The notes below the pieces were generated by a model, which was given only the letters and a program-made list of their open reading frames with translations, searched no databases and was not told the DNA's origin. A program made the position numbers and the translations under genes. DNA of 64,000 nucleotides from Octopus sinensis (lineage: Eukaryota). Position 1 is the first letter of the stretch. Every line of letters begins with the position of its first letter. Of this stretch, positions 1 to 13,718 are shown piece after piece. The stretch is from positions 15,996,001-16,060,000 of the forward strand of contig NC_043009.1 in assembly GCF_006345805.1 (NCBI RefSeq), given 5' to 3'.

Positions 1-447
1 TCTTAGCTTAGAATTTTGGGGAAGCAATCAGATCGAACAGTCTCAAGTGTAACTGACCGAAAGTGTTAGGACATCTGATAACTTGACTGAAGAAAGAAAG
101 CCACGAAGGGCCCGTCCTTTTTTTCCTGTGCCTCTAATTGTTGTTTTCCTCTCCGTCTTTGTATTGTACATCTGTTCGAATGTGTTATTGTCCCCTATTG
201 CGCATTTGTTCCATTTCATATATATACATATATATATACATATACATATATATATATATATATAATACCTGGGAAATAACCTTATAGCGTGAGTTCCAAA
301 TTTCCTATACAGGTGCCGATTATCATAGCTATCATACAGCAGCTATTCTCCTTTATATATATTTAATATCATCTCGGAAATAACCATATAAATTTGCGTT
401 CGGGTATCTGACGTGTGTGAACAGATAATTGAAAATGGCTGTCTGAA

Positions 448-836
448 GGCGGAGAAGTGGCTGTGTTGTAAGTAACTTGCTTACCAACCACATGGTTTCG
501 GGTTCAATCTCACTGCGTGGCACCTCGGGCAAGTGTATTCTACTATATCCTTGGGCCGACCAAAGCCTTGTGAGTAGATTTGGTACACGTAACCTGAAAG
601 AAACCCGTCGTATATGTGTGTGTGTGCGTTTGTGTCTCTGTGCTTGTCCCCCATCATCGCTTAACAACCGATGTTGGTGTGTTTACGTCCCCTTAACGTA
701 GCGGTTCGACACAAGAGATCGATAGAATAAGAACTACGTTTACAAAGTGTAAGTCTTGGGGTAACTTGTTCGACTAAAAAGTGTTGCTCCAGAATGGCCG
801 CAGCCAAATGACTGAAACAAATAAAAGAATAAAAGG
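448..836 (+). mobile_element. tRNA-derived SINE, family A (octopus-type)
   Basis: Head GGCGGAGAAGTGGCTGTGTTGTAAG with B-box-like GGGTTCAATCTC, central (TG)n, tail GACTGAAACAAATAAAAGAATAAAAG; homologous to copies at 7483, 38795 and 50663. Confidence 0.85.
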
Positions 837-974
837 ATAAACGAATACGTGCGAAAATCCATTAATATCCATAGAATTGATACAAAAGGACACAAAAGAT
901 TGATACAAGATGATAGGATGAAGAGGCTTCAGTCCAAATCATTACAAATCACTAGATTTCTTTCTGTGCATTAG

Positions 975-1062
975 CATCAGCTGGAAATTGCTGAGTGTTT
1001 CACGTATTATGCACATTGTATTAATATGATCCAACAACAGCTGTGTACCTTAAGGTGTTCAG
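975..1062 (+). CDS. Candidate internal coding exon (HQLEIAECFTYYAHCINMIQQQLCTLRCS), gene unidentified
   Basis: Acceptor ATTTCTTTCTGTGCATTAG, consensus donor CAG|GTGAGT, frame open across all 88 nt (phase 0 to 1). No recognisable homology. Confidence 0.5.
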
Positions 1063-1155
1063 GTGAGTGGATTTGAGTGCACTGCAATGCACAGCTATTG
1101 TTGGATCATATTAATGCAATAATATGTGTAATATGAGAAACACTCATCAATGTCA
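983..1155 (+). other. Imperfect inverted repeat pairing the exon (983-1045) with downstream intron (1090-1155)
   Basis: ATTAATATGATCCAACAACAGCTGTG is the reverse complement of CACAGCTATTGTTGGATCATATTAAT with one mismatch; pairing extends to GAGTGTTTC/GAAACACTC; 44-nt loop contains the donor site. Confidence 0.9.
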
Positions 1156-1414
1156 TCTCTATGTATATATGTATATATATAAATATATATGTGTGTGTAT
1201 ATATATATACATGTATATATGTACATATAGGTACACATATCTATAGATATACACATATATACACATATGTATACATTTGCACGCACACGCACATATATAC
1301 ACGTACTAAATGCATATATACTTACAAACATACAAAGATATATATACATATATACACGTGTGTGTGTAACTGTTTGTGTGTGTGTGTGTAAGTGTGAATG
1401 TGTGTGTGTATGTT

Positions 1415-1461
<47 letters not shown>

Positions 1462-1840
1462 TGTGGTGTGTGTGTGTGTGTGTGTGTGTGTGCGTTTGTG
1501 TCTCTGTGCTTGTCCCCCATCATCGCTTAACAACCGATGTTGGTGTGTTTACGTCCCCTTAACGTAGCGGTTCGACACAAGAGATCGATAGAATAAGAAC
1601 TACGTTTACAAAGTGTAAGTCTTGGGGTAACTTGTTCGACTAAAAAGTGTTGCTCCAGAATGGCCGCAGCCAAATGACTGAAACAAATAAAAGAATAAAA
1701 GGATAAACGAATACGTGCGAAAATCCATTAATATCCATAGAATTGATACAAAAGGACACAAAAGATTGATACAAGATGATAGGATGAAGAGGCTTCAGTC
1801 CAAATCATTACAAATCACTAGATTTCTTTCTGTGCATTAG

Positions 1841-1928
1841 CATCAGCTGGAAATTGCTGAGTGTTTCACGTATTATGCACATTGTATTAATATGATCCAA
1901 CAACAGCTGTGTACCTTAAGGTGTTCAG
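1841..1928 (+). CDS. Duplicate of the candidate exon at 975-1062
   Basis: Identical sequence and splice sites within the second tandem unit. Confidence 0.4.
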
Positions 1929-2281
1929 GTGAGTGGATTTGAGTGCACTGCAATGCACAGCTATTGTTGGATCATATTAATGCAATAATATGTGTAATAT
2001 GAGAAACACTCATCAATGTCATCTCTATGTATATATGTATATATATAAATATATATGTGTGTGTATATATATATACATGTATATATGCACATATAGGTAC
2101 ACATATCTATAGATATACACATATATACACATATGTATACATTTGCACGCACACGCACATATATACACGTACTTAAATGCATATATACTTACAAACATAC
2201 AAAGATATATATACATATATACACGTGTGTGTGTAACTGTTTGTGTGTGTGTGTGTAAGTGTGAATGTGTGTGTGTATGTT

Positions 2282-2344
<63 letters not shown>

Positions 2345-2563
2345 TGTGTGTGAATATGTGTTAGCTGATGCAAACGTGAGAAAGAATTTTGAAATGAAAA
2401 TGTAACGGTCACAGTTAAAAATGAGAATTAACGGGCTGTGGATAACTAATACTAAATGGCTAGCTTCTATGTCAAGCATGAATGGCAGAATCGAGAAAAC
2501 CTAAGGACAGTGAGATGTTGTGGATTTTGATAAATGTGTACGTGTGTGTTTATATATATATAT

Positions 2564-2712
2564 ATGCATATTTGGAGCAGTGCCACCATCTTGGTATTTT
2601 CTCAGCATGCTCGTTTCCCAAGTTTTCGTTACTTAACACGATGCACAGGTCACATACGCTGGATAGTGTATTATATGGGTGTGCATTTTTTATTATTATT
2701 GACCATTCTATT

Positions 2713-2714
<2 letters not shown>
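2564..2714 (-). mobile_element. Penelope-like element 3' fragment
   Basis: Closely matches 5745-5900 (C-terminal HPYNTLSSVC...KHAEKIPR region) with a short internal deletion; flanked by (TA)n on both sides. Confidence 0.8.
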
Positions 2715-2762
<48 letters not shown>

Positions 2763-3782
2763 ATGGTATATTCTGTTAAGAACTTAGCACAATACGGTAT
2801 AAAGCTCGTCTACTTTCAGATTTAACTTTTGCTATCCAGTAGTAGTAGCATTATACGTACTTCCAGGTTTGCGTTTTGCTATCTTTCATGTGTGAATAGA
2901 TAATTGAAAAATTGGAGTCAACAAGATGTAGGTTTAGAGATTTATCTTTGTTGTAGTGGAAATGGTACACCCCTCCCACGCGACAAGTGGTCTATAAAGT
3001 TAGACGACGTCAACCAATACGGGGAGTCGTGTATCAGTCGTTGTAGAATCGTTGTACGAGTTCTCAGTTGGAGTTACGTGTCACTTATGTGTTATAGAAT
3101 TCGTATCACAGTCAAGGTAGACGGTTCCAATTCTGTGTCTTGCAGTGCTATCAGCGATAGCACGATAGACGAAGCCGTGTATTATCATTCCGGTATAGAA
3201 GAGATACATTGTATCCGATACCATGAAAATATCGTGATTACTAGAATAGACACAACAGCTATAGTCAAAACAGTGGTCACACCACGCATCATACAAGTGG
3301 AAAACACCACATCATAACAATGTTTTAATCACTAAAATTGTTTCAACGCACCGTACTTCTCCAGGCGTGCAAGTACTTGCTTACGCAATTGTTTCCCTGC
3401 ATTATGAGTTCAAGTTGTGTTTCCTCAGGCGATATGTAAATATTATCTCCTCTCTGTCTGTCATAGCCTGAATTTAGTAGTAGTCATTAGGTTTATCATC
3501 GTGAGTTGTTACTGAAAGAACCGTTGGCAAACTCCTTTGAATGTATAGATGTAGTGGGATGGTAATTCTGCCTAAGTTGCCGTTTTAAAAGGATTGGGAT
3601 TTGATATTTTTGTACTGTTGATGTGTTATTCATGGTTGGTTACACATGTTATTGTCCTTGCTGACCTGTAAGATTCGGCCTATACGTACACATAAATGTT
3701 CATTCAAATATACACCAATATATGTATTAACGCTCGGACACACATACACACACATACATATATATAGTTATAAATATAGTTT

Positions 3783-3852
<70 letters not shown>

Positions 3853-4201
3853 TATATAGTTATAGATATAGTTATATATATATATACATGCACACATATA
3901 GAGATATATACGCGCACTCACATACATATACATATACCCAATATATGTAAACACACACTCTCGCATATACTTACACATATGCTCATGTGTGTGTCTACAT
4001 ACACATACACACACACACATATTTATATTTATATATATATATATATATATATTGTTTGAATATATATATGTACTTATGTAAATATATACACTTATGCAGA
4101 CTAAAAACATGAACGGGCACGTGTACGTATATATATAGAAATACAACACGAAACATGCACACATGGGTGGGCATGAAGAGGAGAGGGAGAGAGTTCACTG
4201 A

Positions 4202-5589
<1,388 letters not shown>

Positions 5590-5590
<1 letters not shown>

Positions 5591-5633
5591 ATTATTATTG
5601 TTATTATTATTATTATTATTATTATTGTTATTA

Positions 5634-5696
<63 letters not shown>

Positions 5697-5722
5697 TATT
5701 ATTATCATTATTATTATTATTA
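5590..5722. repeat. (TTA)n microsatellite between the Dong 5' end and the Penelope-like 3' end
   Basis: Direct reading of the sequence. Confidence 0.95.
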
Positions 5723-5724
5723 CT

Positions 5725-6640
5725 CGATTGTGTTGTATCTTGAAAATGCATATTTGGTGCGGTGCCAACATCTTGGTATTTTCTCAGCATGCTTGCTTAC
5801 CAAGTTTTCGTTACTTATCCCGATGCACAGATCCTCAAGGCACTGGTCACATACGCTGGATAGTGTATTATATGGGTGTGCATTTTTTTATTATTTGTCA
5901 TTCTATTTTATATTTTATTTTCCTTCTTTTAATCGCCATATTATGTCCGCTAGTGATGTTGCATGTCACCGGTTTATCTTTATGAATGAAGAGATATCGT
6001 TGCGAAAACGGCTCTTAAATTGATTTTCGGAGGCTCCTAGGTATGCGTATATAAGTTGTGGTGTGGTGATTGCGCATTTGTATATGTTGCTTTTTGCATG
6101 CATTGGTTCCCTAGCGGACACGTAGGTTTCTTGCGACAGCTGCAGTTATTTGCACTATTGTTATTTTTGTTCTTATTTGGTGAGATTTTGGTTTTGTGAT
6201 GTTCCCGTTCATTAGCAGTGACTGAAGTGTTCCTGATGTTTTGTTGCTTCTGTTTTGAGTTTTTATTTGAATTCTATTACAACAGTCGAGGTCGTTGTCC
6301 GTGTTTTTGTGATCCCTATTGTTTCTATATTTGTTATCGTTCTTATACCCTGTGTTTTTTTATCTATTTGTTCTTTGTCTGTGGACGTTGCTTGCATGCA
6401 TATTTTTTATTGTTTTTATTTGTGTATGTAGTACTCCATGTTCTTGGATGTGGCGTACGATACTTTCTGCTTGTTGAAGATACTATAGTACTTATGTGTT
6501 TTAGGGAAGCACCTATCTAATGCTGCAAGGAATTGTTTACCTACCTTCGATGATATTTGCAATCTGAAAATTGGGTTATACCATAGGACCTCGGAATTTT
6601 GTATTTTTTGTTTGGTTCCCATAACCTATTTTTTGGGTTG
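5725..6640 (-). mobile_element. Degenerate Penelope-like element, RT-EN linker plus GIY-YIG endonuclease
   Basis: With frameshifts: LWYNPIF...VGKQFLAALDRCFPKTHKYYSIFN..., NCSCRKKPTCPLGNQC, NIYKCAITT...AYLGASENQFKSRF, HPYNTLSSVCDQCLED...RCWHRTKY. These motifs are typical of PLEs with a Cys-flanked GIY-YIG domain (Naiad-like by inference). Confidence 0.85.
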
Positions 6641-7007
6641 ACATTTTGTGCGTAGTTTTTTCTGTTATTGTTATTTTGGGGTGCTTTGTTTATTTTTTCC
6701 TATCTTTTCCTCGTCTTGGGTTTTTTGTGCGGAAGCACACGTGGTGGATATAAATAAAGGATTTAAGAGTATCCTCCCTAGAAATTTATCTCTTTCAACT
6801 CTCAGTTTGAGCAGCAAATGCGAAACCGGTCCTTACTTCAATTATATTGAAAGAACAAAACTTTATTTTATACAAAACTGTATATCTTTATTATTATGGC
6901 TCTAATATATTCTTAAATCCTGTAAAACAAATCTTCTGTGTTTTTTTCATCTTAACTCTTTCTCTTACACACACTCTCTCTCTCATCTTATCTCTTTCTC
7001 TTACACA

Positions 7008-7096
<89 letters not shown>

Positions 7097-7098
<2 letters not shown>

Positions 7099-7418
7099 TG
7101 AATCATGAATGGCCATGGGATCTTCTTAGAAAGTTTTCCTCCGTGGCCCAAGCCTGGATAAGGTTGTTTATGGAAAACTAGCAGTTGCTCATGATTACCA
7201 GCCTCTCCTCTCCACACCAGCGATGTTATCCAAAGGAAAGGCAAAAGCCGATACAGCTTGTCATCACTGACGTTGCGACTCATTTCTGCAGCTGAGTATA
7301 CTGAAGCTACTTAACATTGAGTGACTTGCTCAAAAGCACAACACAGAGCCCGGTCTGTAAATGGAATTCACTGTCACATGATTGTGAGCCCGACGCTCTG
7401 ACCACTGAGCCATGCGCC
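7097..7418 (-). mobile_element. tRNA-derived CORE-type SINE, family B
   Basis: Reverse complement begins GGCGCATGGCTCAGTGGTCAGAGCGTCGGGCTCACAATC; homologous to 45604-45936. Confidence 0.8.
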
Positions 7419-7482
7419 TTCACTTTATGCAAGTATGTATGTATTATATATGCATGTATGTATGTATGTATGTATACATATA

Positions 7483-7836
7483 GGCGCAGGAGTGGCTGCG
7501 TGGTAACAAGCTTGCTTCCCAACCACATGGTTCAGCGTTCAGTCTTACTGCATAGGACCTCGGGCAAGTGCCGACCAAATCCTTCTGAGTGGATTTGGTA
7601 GACGGAAAGTGAAAAACGTTCGTCGTATATGTGTATGTGTGTTTATTCCCCACCATCACTTGACAACCGATGTTGACGTGTTTACGTCCGCGTAACTTAG
7701 CGGTTCAGCAAAAAAGACTGATAGAATAAGTACTAGGCGTAGAAAGAATAAGTCCTGGGGTCGATTTGTTCGTCTAAAAAGGCGGTGCTCCAGCATGGCC
7801 GCAGTCAAATGACTGAAATAAATAAAAGAGTAAAAA
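7483..7836 (+). mobile_element. SINE family A
   Basis: GGCGCAGGAGTGGCTGCGTGGTAACAAGC head and GACTGAAATAAATAAAAGAG tail. Confidence 0.85.
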
Positions 7837-9574
7837 ATACGTGTTTATCTTTCTGAATCTACGCAGATATTTTTGTCTATGTGTATCTATGTGTGTGTGA
7901 GCGTGCGTGTGTGAGCGTGTGTGTATGTGTGTGTGATAGCGTATGTGTGTGTGTGTGTGTGTAATTAGGACTAGCCTCACTCGAGCACGTGTCCATGAAT
8001 GTCCTCTTATCTCCAGCAAATAAGCCTTTCCTTTTCCTTAATGACTTGTTAATTAGGGAAAAATTCTTGCAGCTGGTCATAATTACTATTTGGTGATAAT
8101 AATACATCCTCTACAGTCAGTGGTAATTTGAATAAATCAGGAATTTCATGTCGTATGTTAACATATCCATATTTGTCTATGTTGTACAAATAAGTAACAC
8201 TGGCCAGTCCGAATTATCTCTCTCTCATTTTCGTTTAAACTATGAAAATGTTTATTCCACAACTACGTTATACTTCTTTTTGTATATGTACATATATAAA
8301 TGCTTGTGTGTATATCTCTGCATATAAATGTACACACGTATGTATCCTGACATATCCTAATATATGTATATACGTGTGTGCGTGTATGTGTGTGTGTGTG
8401 CGTGTGTATGTGCGCGCGTGTGTGTGAGTATGAGTGTGTACGTGTGTGTGTGTGTTAGTGTGCTCCTATAAAAGTTGCATACCTCCAAGCATGTTTCAGC
8501 AAACGTCCTCTTGGTTTCATTCCGTTTGGTTCTAACACAATCATAACCTTCCGCAGTGTAGATTGCAAGAAATTACATCAATTTCGTCATTACAAAGATG
8601 TGAAGTGGTACATCAATAGAAAAACTCCCTTTGTCCCTTCACAACGCAGAATGAAAAGTATGTTTGATCCTTATTTTCCTCACAGTGAAGTTTTCTAATA
8701 TTTTCCTACATATTTATATAGGTGTGTGTATGTCTGTCAATATATTTCACTTGACTGTAAATCACTTGGAGGATGACTGGAAAGTGACCTGTAAAAAATA
8801 TACTCTTGTTTTATTACATTAATACATACACACAGACAGACAAGCAGTATGGACCCGAATATCAATATAAACAGTGTTAATTGTATACAAAATATCTCTA
8901 CTCATTCAATGACCTTCACTCAAGGTAAACAGCTACACAACCAAATTTATATTTTGTGATACTAGTTTCCTGTTTTCGGCTAATTAATTGGTAAGCCATT
9001 TCAGATGCCCACTGCCATTTTCACTAAAATGACCATCAATGTTTTTCAGTTTCTTTTATTCCCGTAGCTTCGAAATTCTTCATTTTTATTTAATGCTGCT
9101 CACTTACTTTTCAGTTATTTTGCAAAGTTGAGCACAATTATTTATTTCTAATGACACGCCATTGAGTGGAAACAACGTGTATGGTGCGTAGAGATAAATT
9201 ACACAAATAAATTATTTAGTTTTTGCATCGTATGATGTATTGCACAGTTAACTGAACATGAATGTTTCTGCTTTTCAAATAAAATTACCTGAAATATAAG
9301 TGTGAGTATTTATTTTTATGCGTGTGTATGCGTGTGTAGGCATGTATATGTATATATGGATGCGTGTATGTGTGAGCATGTGTCGGTATATGTATGTGCG
9401 AATGTTACGTATGTTTAAATATGGATATATTTGAGTACATGTATGTACGTAACTGTGTTATCCGCAATTATAAACATGAAAATAGAGACATGATACACAG
9501 ATGATACAGACATCTTCGAGACTTACGTGCTGAATGTGCTGCTGTGCTTCGTCTCTCACACAACAGCACGAGCA

Positions 9575-9955
9575 GGGATGGCGCAATGTCCCAGTGGTTA
9601 GGACAGCGGACTCGCGGTCGGAGGATCGCAGTTTCGATTCCCAGACCGGGCGTTGTGTGTGTTTATTGAGCGAAAACACCTAAAGCTCCACGATGCTCCG
9701 GCAGGGGTGGTGGCGACCCCTGTTGTACTCTTTCGCTCCAACTTTCTCTCACTCTTTCTTCATGTTTCTTGTCCCCGACTTCCTACGCAACCGCTGAGCT
9801 TGGATGCGCATTCATCCATCCGTCGATGCTCTCGGTGTCGGGCGTTGACCTGCTTTCTCTTCTGCGGGTCTTACGAATAGCAAAGGACCACGTTTCGGAC
9901 TTCTCCCACTACAGCTTGCGAGCTCTGGGACGAAGACCGCTTCGCTCAACAAACA
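9575..9955 (+). mobile_element. Full-length tRNA-derived SINE, family D, with 13-bp target-site duplication
   Basis: Head GGCGCAATGTCCCAGTGGTTAGGACAGCGGACTC...GTTTCGATTCCC; (CAAA)n tail; TSD AACAGCACGAGCA at 9562-9574 and 9956-9968. Confidence 0.88.
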
Positions 9956-11258
9956 AACAGCACGAGCAACATTAAGCCAGATGTCATGACACTGGGCCAG
10001 ATGTTTATACTAACTTCAATGCTTGTTCTCGTTGCACCCTTCGTCCTCTCTTGATCCAAATGGCTTGCTTTCTGACCAAACTCTTGCACCTCAGTGTAAT
10101 TCTTTCGCACTTATGATGCTATAGATGTGATTGTGTAGTGTTCATATTTGTAGGATGGAATTTAAGTGAATATACTTAGATTAAAGTAATTTCAAAGTAT
10201 AGTACTTATGGTATATATCGAATCACACGATTATAAGATTATTGAAATGACACATATGATATCAAGAATCCAAAGGAACTTGTGATGGTCTACGTCGGCA
10301 ATATTTAGTCAAATAGAGATCCCTGTTAGTCTGTTTGCCGTGACATGTGTGGACAATAACGAATCGGATCTTGACTTTCTCCCACCCGTGTTGTCCATAA
10401 GGCTAGAAGCAAATGAATAACGCACTAGTTTACAAGTGACCAATCGACGTTCTTCAAAAATCACACACAACCACTTTTTAAAAAACTACACAAGAGAGGG
10501 TGAAGTTGAAGCAATGGAATGTTCGAAATGTATTGCCGCAGCGGAAATATTTTTTATCATAGGTTTGCTCTATGAGCAACCAGCTTGAAAATAAACAACA
10601 ACCTTAGTGGATGGTTCTATACAAAATCCATCATTGAACTTTGATTAGATAATTGGAATATAAGTATAACAATACAAGGGGGCTCCACCGCAGTCACTCG
10701 ATCGGTTCGAAATATCTGATGCATCTACTTCAAAGCTGGCGTCAATGTGGTACATACAAAAAGGTATTTCTTGATATACGATTACATGATTACGACTGAA
10801 AGGCATTTGATCAAAGATTCGATCAATCAAGAATGAACTGGAACTTAGCAAAATTCAAAAACAACATAATATCTTTTCTAAATGGAGAAAGAAAATAAAA
10901 ATAAAAACATTTATGAAAAGTTAAACATGAATTACAATGATAGCGTTTATATTTAAAAGAAAATGAGAACAATGTCTGTTAGTCTACTCATTTATGTTGT
11001 AACATTTTCATGTAACATTACAGATCAATACATTCAATAAATGAGTTTTGCTCTGTGGAATTCTATTTTATCTTAGATGATTTTTCACACTAAATTGAGA
11101 TCTTTGTTTAATGATCTGAAGAATCTAAAACTGAAGAATGTAAGTAAAAGAACCATATCCCAAAGCTTTGTAATAGTTAATTTAGTCATGAAACCGTACA
11201 CCCGTTTTATTATCTTAGCAATACACGCTATTTAAAATACCTATATATACATACATAC

Positions 11259-11323
<65 letters not shown>

Positions 11324-12079
11324 TTGCTTCCTTCTTCCATTTTTCTCTAATTCTCTATTTTCTCCCCTCCCTCCTTCACCATTTTCTATCTGTCTACCTT
11401 TGTCTCTCCTCTCTTTCCCTCTTTCTCTCTCACTCTCTCTCACTCTCGCTGCTCACAAGTGACCATCGTCCATGATTTTTCTCCTCATTTGACCACCTTT
11501 GTGTTCTTATCCGACGTCTAAATGAATGGGTGTGTTCCCGCCCCCACTCTCTCTCTCTCTCTCTATCTATCTCTCTCCTCTATTTTCTCTCTTTTAGAAA
11601 AAAAGTCTTTCCCAGCGTTCACTATTTTTCATTCGTTCCCGTCTAACGACCCTCCATGTTTATTTTCGTTCGTTTCCTTGTATGTCTCCACTGTCGTTTT
11701 TTGTTCCCAACTTTGATCCTCCATAAATCTTAAATTTTACTTTAGAAATTATGGGAGCTACTGTCTTTGTTGCTTGAATACTCGAAATGAGGAGTAGATA
11801 GACAGCCAACAACTGATGAAGGGTCCTTTATCTGTGTTAACTTGCCCTGTTTTCTATTTGTCCTCGTTGTTTATGTATTTCCCTCGTTTTTCCTCATTTG
11901 TTAACGTATTTGACTCGCTTATGTCCTGTAATTACTGTCTACGTCTTGTATCTATCTCTCGTGTGTACGTTATTTGCACCGTTGGTGACATCCTGTATTC
12001 ATATATGCATGTATAAGTATATATATAATATTTATTATCTATATATGTGTATATAGATATATGTGTGTATATATATAAA

Positions 12080-12096
12080 TAGAGAGAGAGAGAGAG

Positions 12097-12185
<89 letters not shown>
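12080..12185. repeat. (GA)n-(GATA)n microsatellite
   Basis: Direct reading of the sequence. Confidence 0.95.
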
Positions 12186-13475
12186 TCCCGTTTAGTGTTG
12201 ACTGTCGGAAAAAAAGAGTATTCGGTGCCATACTAGAGATTAATAATATATTTTATATTACTCTAGTCAGCTTCTCGCTACTCTGAGTTTCACCTTTGGA
12301 TGAACAGGGTCTTCAAGCAATTTAACTTGCAGTATAACAATTTTTTTTACTCATTCATGCTATTCTAAGCTACTGTATTGAATATTTGTATGTTAACATC
12401 CTCAGTATCCTTAGTTTAAATCTAATTCTAAACCCGAATTTGCAGCATATGAGATAATCGTCCCTGCGCGCTATGTCAGTTCTAGTAATAGGTTTGTAAG
12501 CAACATCTGTTTACGATTTCAATGACCTGACAATAATCAGTTAAATCAATTGCTAGTGTTCCCAGTCTCACAAGCCAACAAGATGCTACGAAGCAATTGT
12601 TTTGTGGTAAAATTGTTTTAGGAATGACAAGATTTCACCTATCAGACTTCGTTATAAAGATTGGTTGGAATTGACATTTACAATATTTTTTCATTTATTT
12701 CTTGCTCAATTCTTTCCAAAGATTTTCTCTTTTCATATTAGAATTAAAGTAGTCAAGCTACTTAGCTTCTTTTCCCCCGGAATGCTTGAAAGGTTAATGT
12801 CCAGCTGTGCGTATTAAACATCAATTTCACTTTATTATCAGCATCCGCTTTAGAGTATTTACACTGATGACAACTGTACAATGGTTTTACAAAGAGTGAT
12901 GATGCATGATCATTATTCGTTCAGTGAAACCGATTGGTAGCTTGGGTATCACACAAACAAGAATGTTCTTGATGGCGAGCCTCTTGCATGGTTTGACGAT
13001 CACAAGGTAAAAGTCATACGTAATACTCAGAAAATGAAACCCCCTTTCTTTCTTTCATTTGACTTCCTGTATTTCATGTCTTTCTGAAAACTTATATATC
13101 AATGTAAAATTGACCCACTCCTCACTTTCTGTCTGGTTACTGGAGTTACACAAACTATAAAGACCTACAAGTTCCAAGTTCCTTACTTCAGGTTTATGAT
13201 TCCACTGCAAGATCGATGTACTCTACTAGAGGCTATCCACAACGGAAAAATTACCCAACAGAACACAACTAGCATTACACACACAAAATACAATACTAAC
13301 ACTAATATAATAACAGACTGCATCAGACACCATAAGGAAAGAAACTGACGCGATACCACACCGGGAAGAGTTTGTAAACCCTCAAGAAAAAAATACACAC
13401 TGCTCCACGCATCCCAGCAACACGGTGTTGTAGCAGGTGACGCAGTAGAAATTTCTCTCAAACTACCAAATGTGG

Positions 13476-13491
13476 AATAATAATAATAATG

Positions 13492-13546
<55 letters not shown>

Positions 13547-13556
13547 CGACAATAAC

Positions 13557-13609
<53 letters not shown>

Positions 13610-13679
13610 CAACAAAAACAACAACAATAACAATAATAATAATGATAATAATATAATAATGATAATAATAATAATAATA

Positions 13680-13713
<34 letters not shown>
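13476..13713. repeat. (AAT/AAC)n microsatellite upstream of Dong copy 2
   Basis: About 240 bp of AAT/AAC units. Confidence 0.95.

Positions 13714-13718
<5 letters not shown>

Larger units (their letters stand above)
613..2345. repeat. Near-identical tandem duplication, 866-bp period
   Basis: 613-1478 recurs at 1479-2345 (e.g. 1095 maps to 1961, 667 to 1533); only a few differences, all in microsatellite portions; junction lies in a (TG)n tract. Confidence 0.95.

Noticed and set aside
448-520. tRNA-like A/B boxes in SINE heads as tRNA genes
   Set aside because: They continue into SINE bodies and do not form complete cloverleaves.
1095-2479. Stacked ORFs rich in H/T/Y/I/V/C
   Set aside because: Translations of (CA)/(TA)/(TG) microsatellites; the same applies to the ORF stacks near 3.7-4.2 kb, 19.0-19.6 kb, 26.0-26.4 kb, 42.3-43.6 kb and 61.3-61.7 kb.
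5960-5980. In-frame TGA in the PLE endonuclease as possible selenocysteine (reported for some Naiad PLEs)
   Set aside because: The codon aligns to a basic residue position, is explained by CGA-to-TGA decay, and the copy has other disabling lesions.
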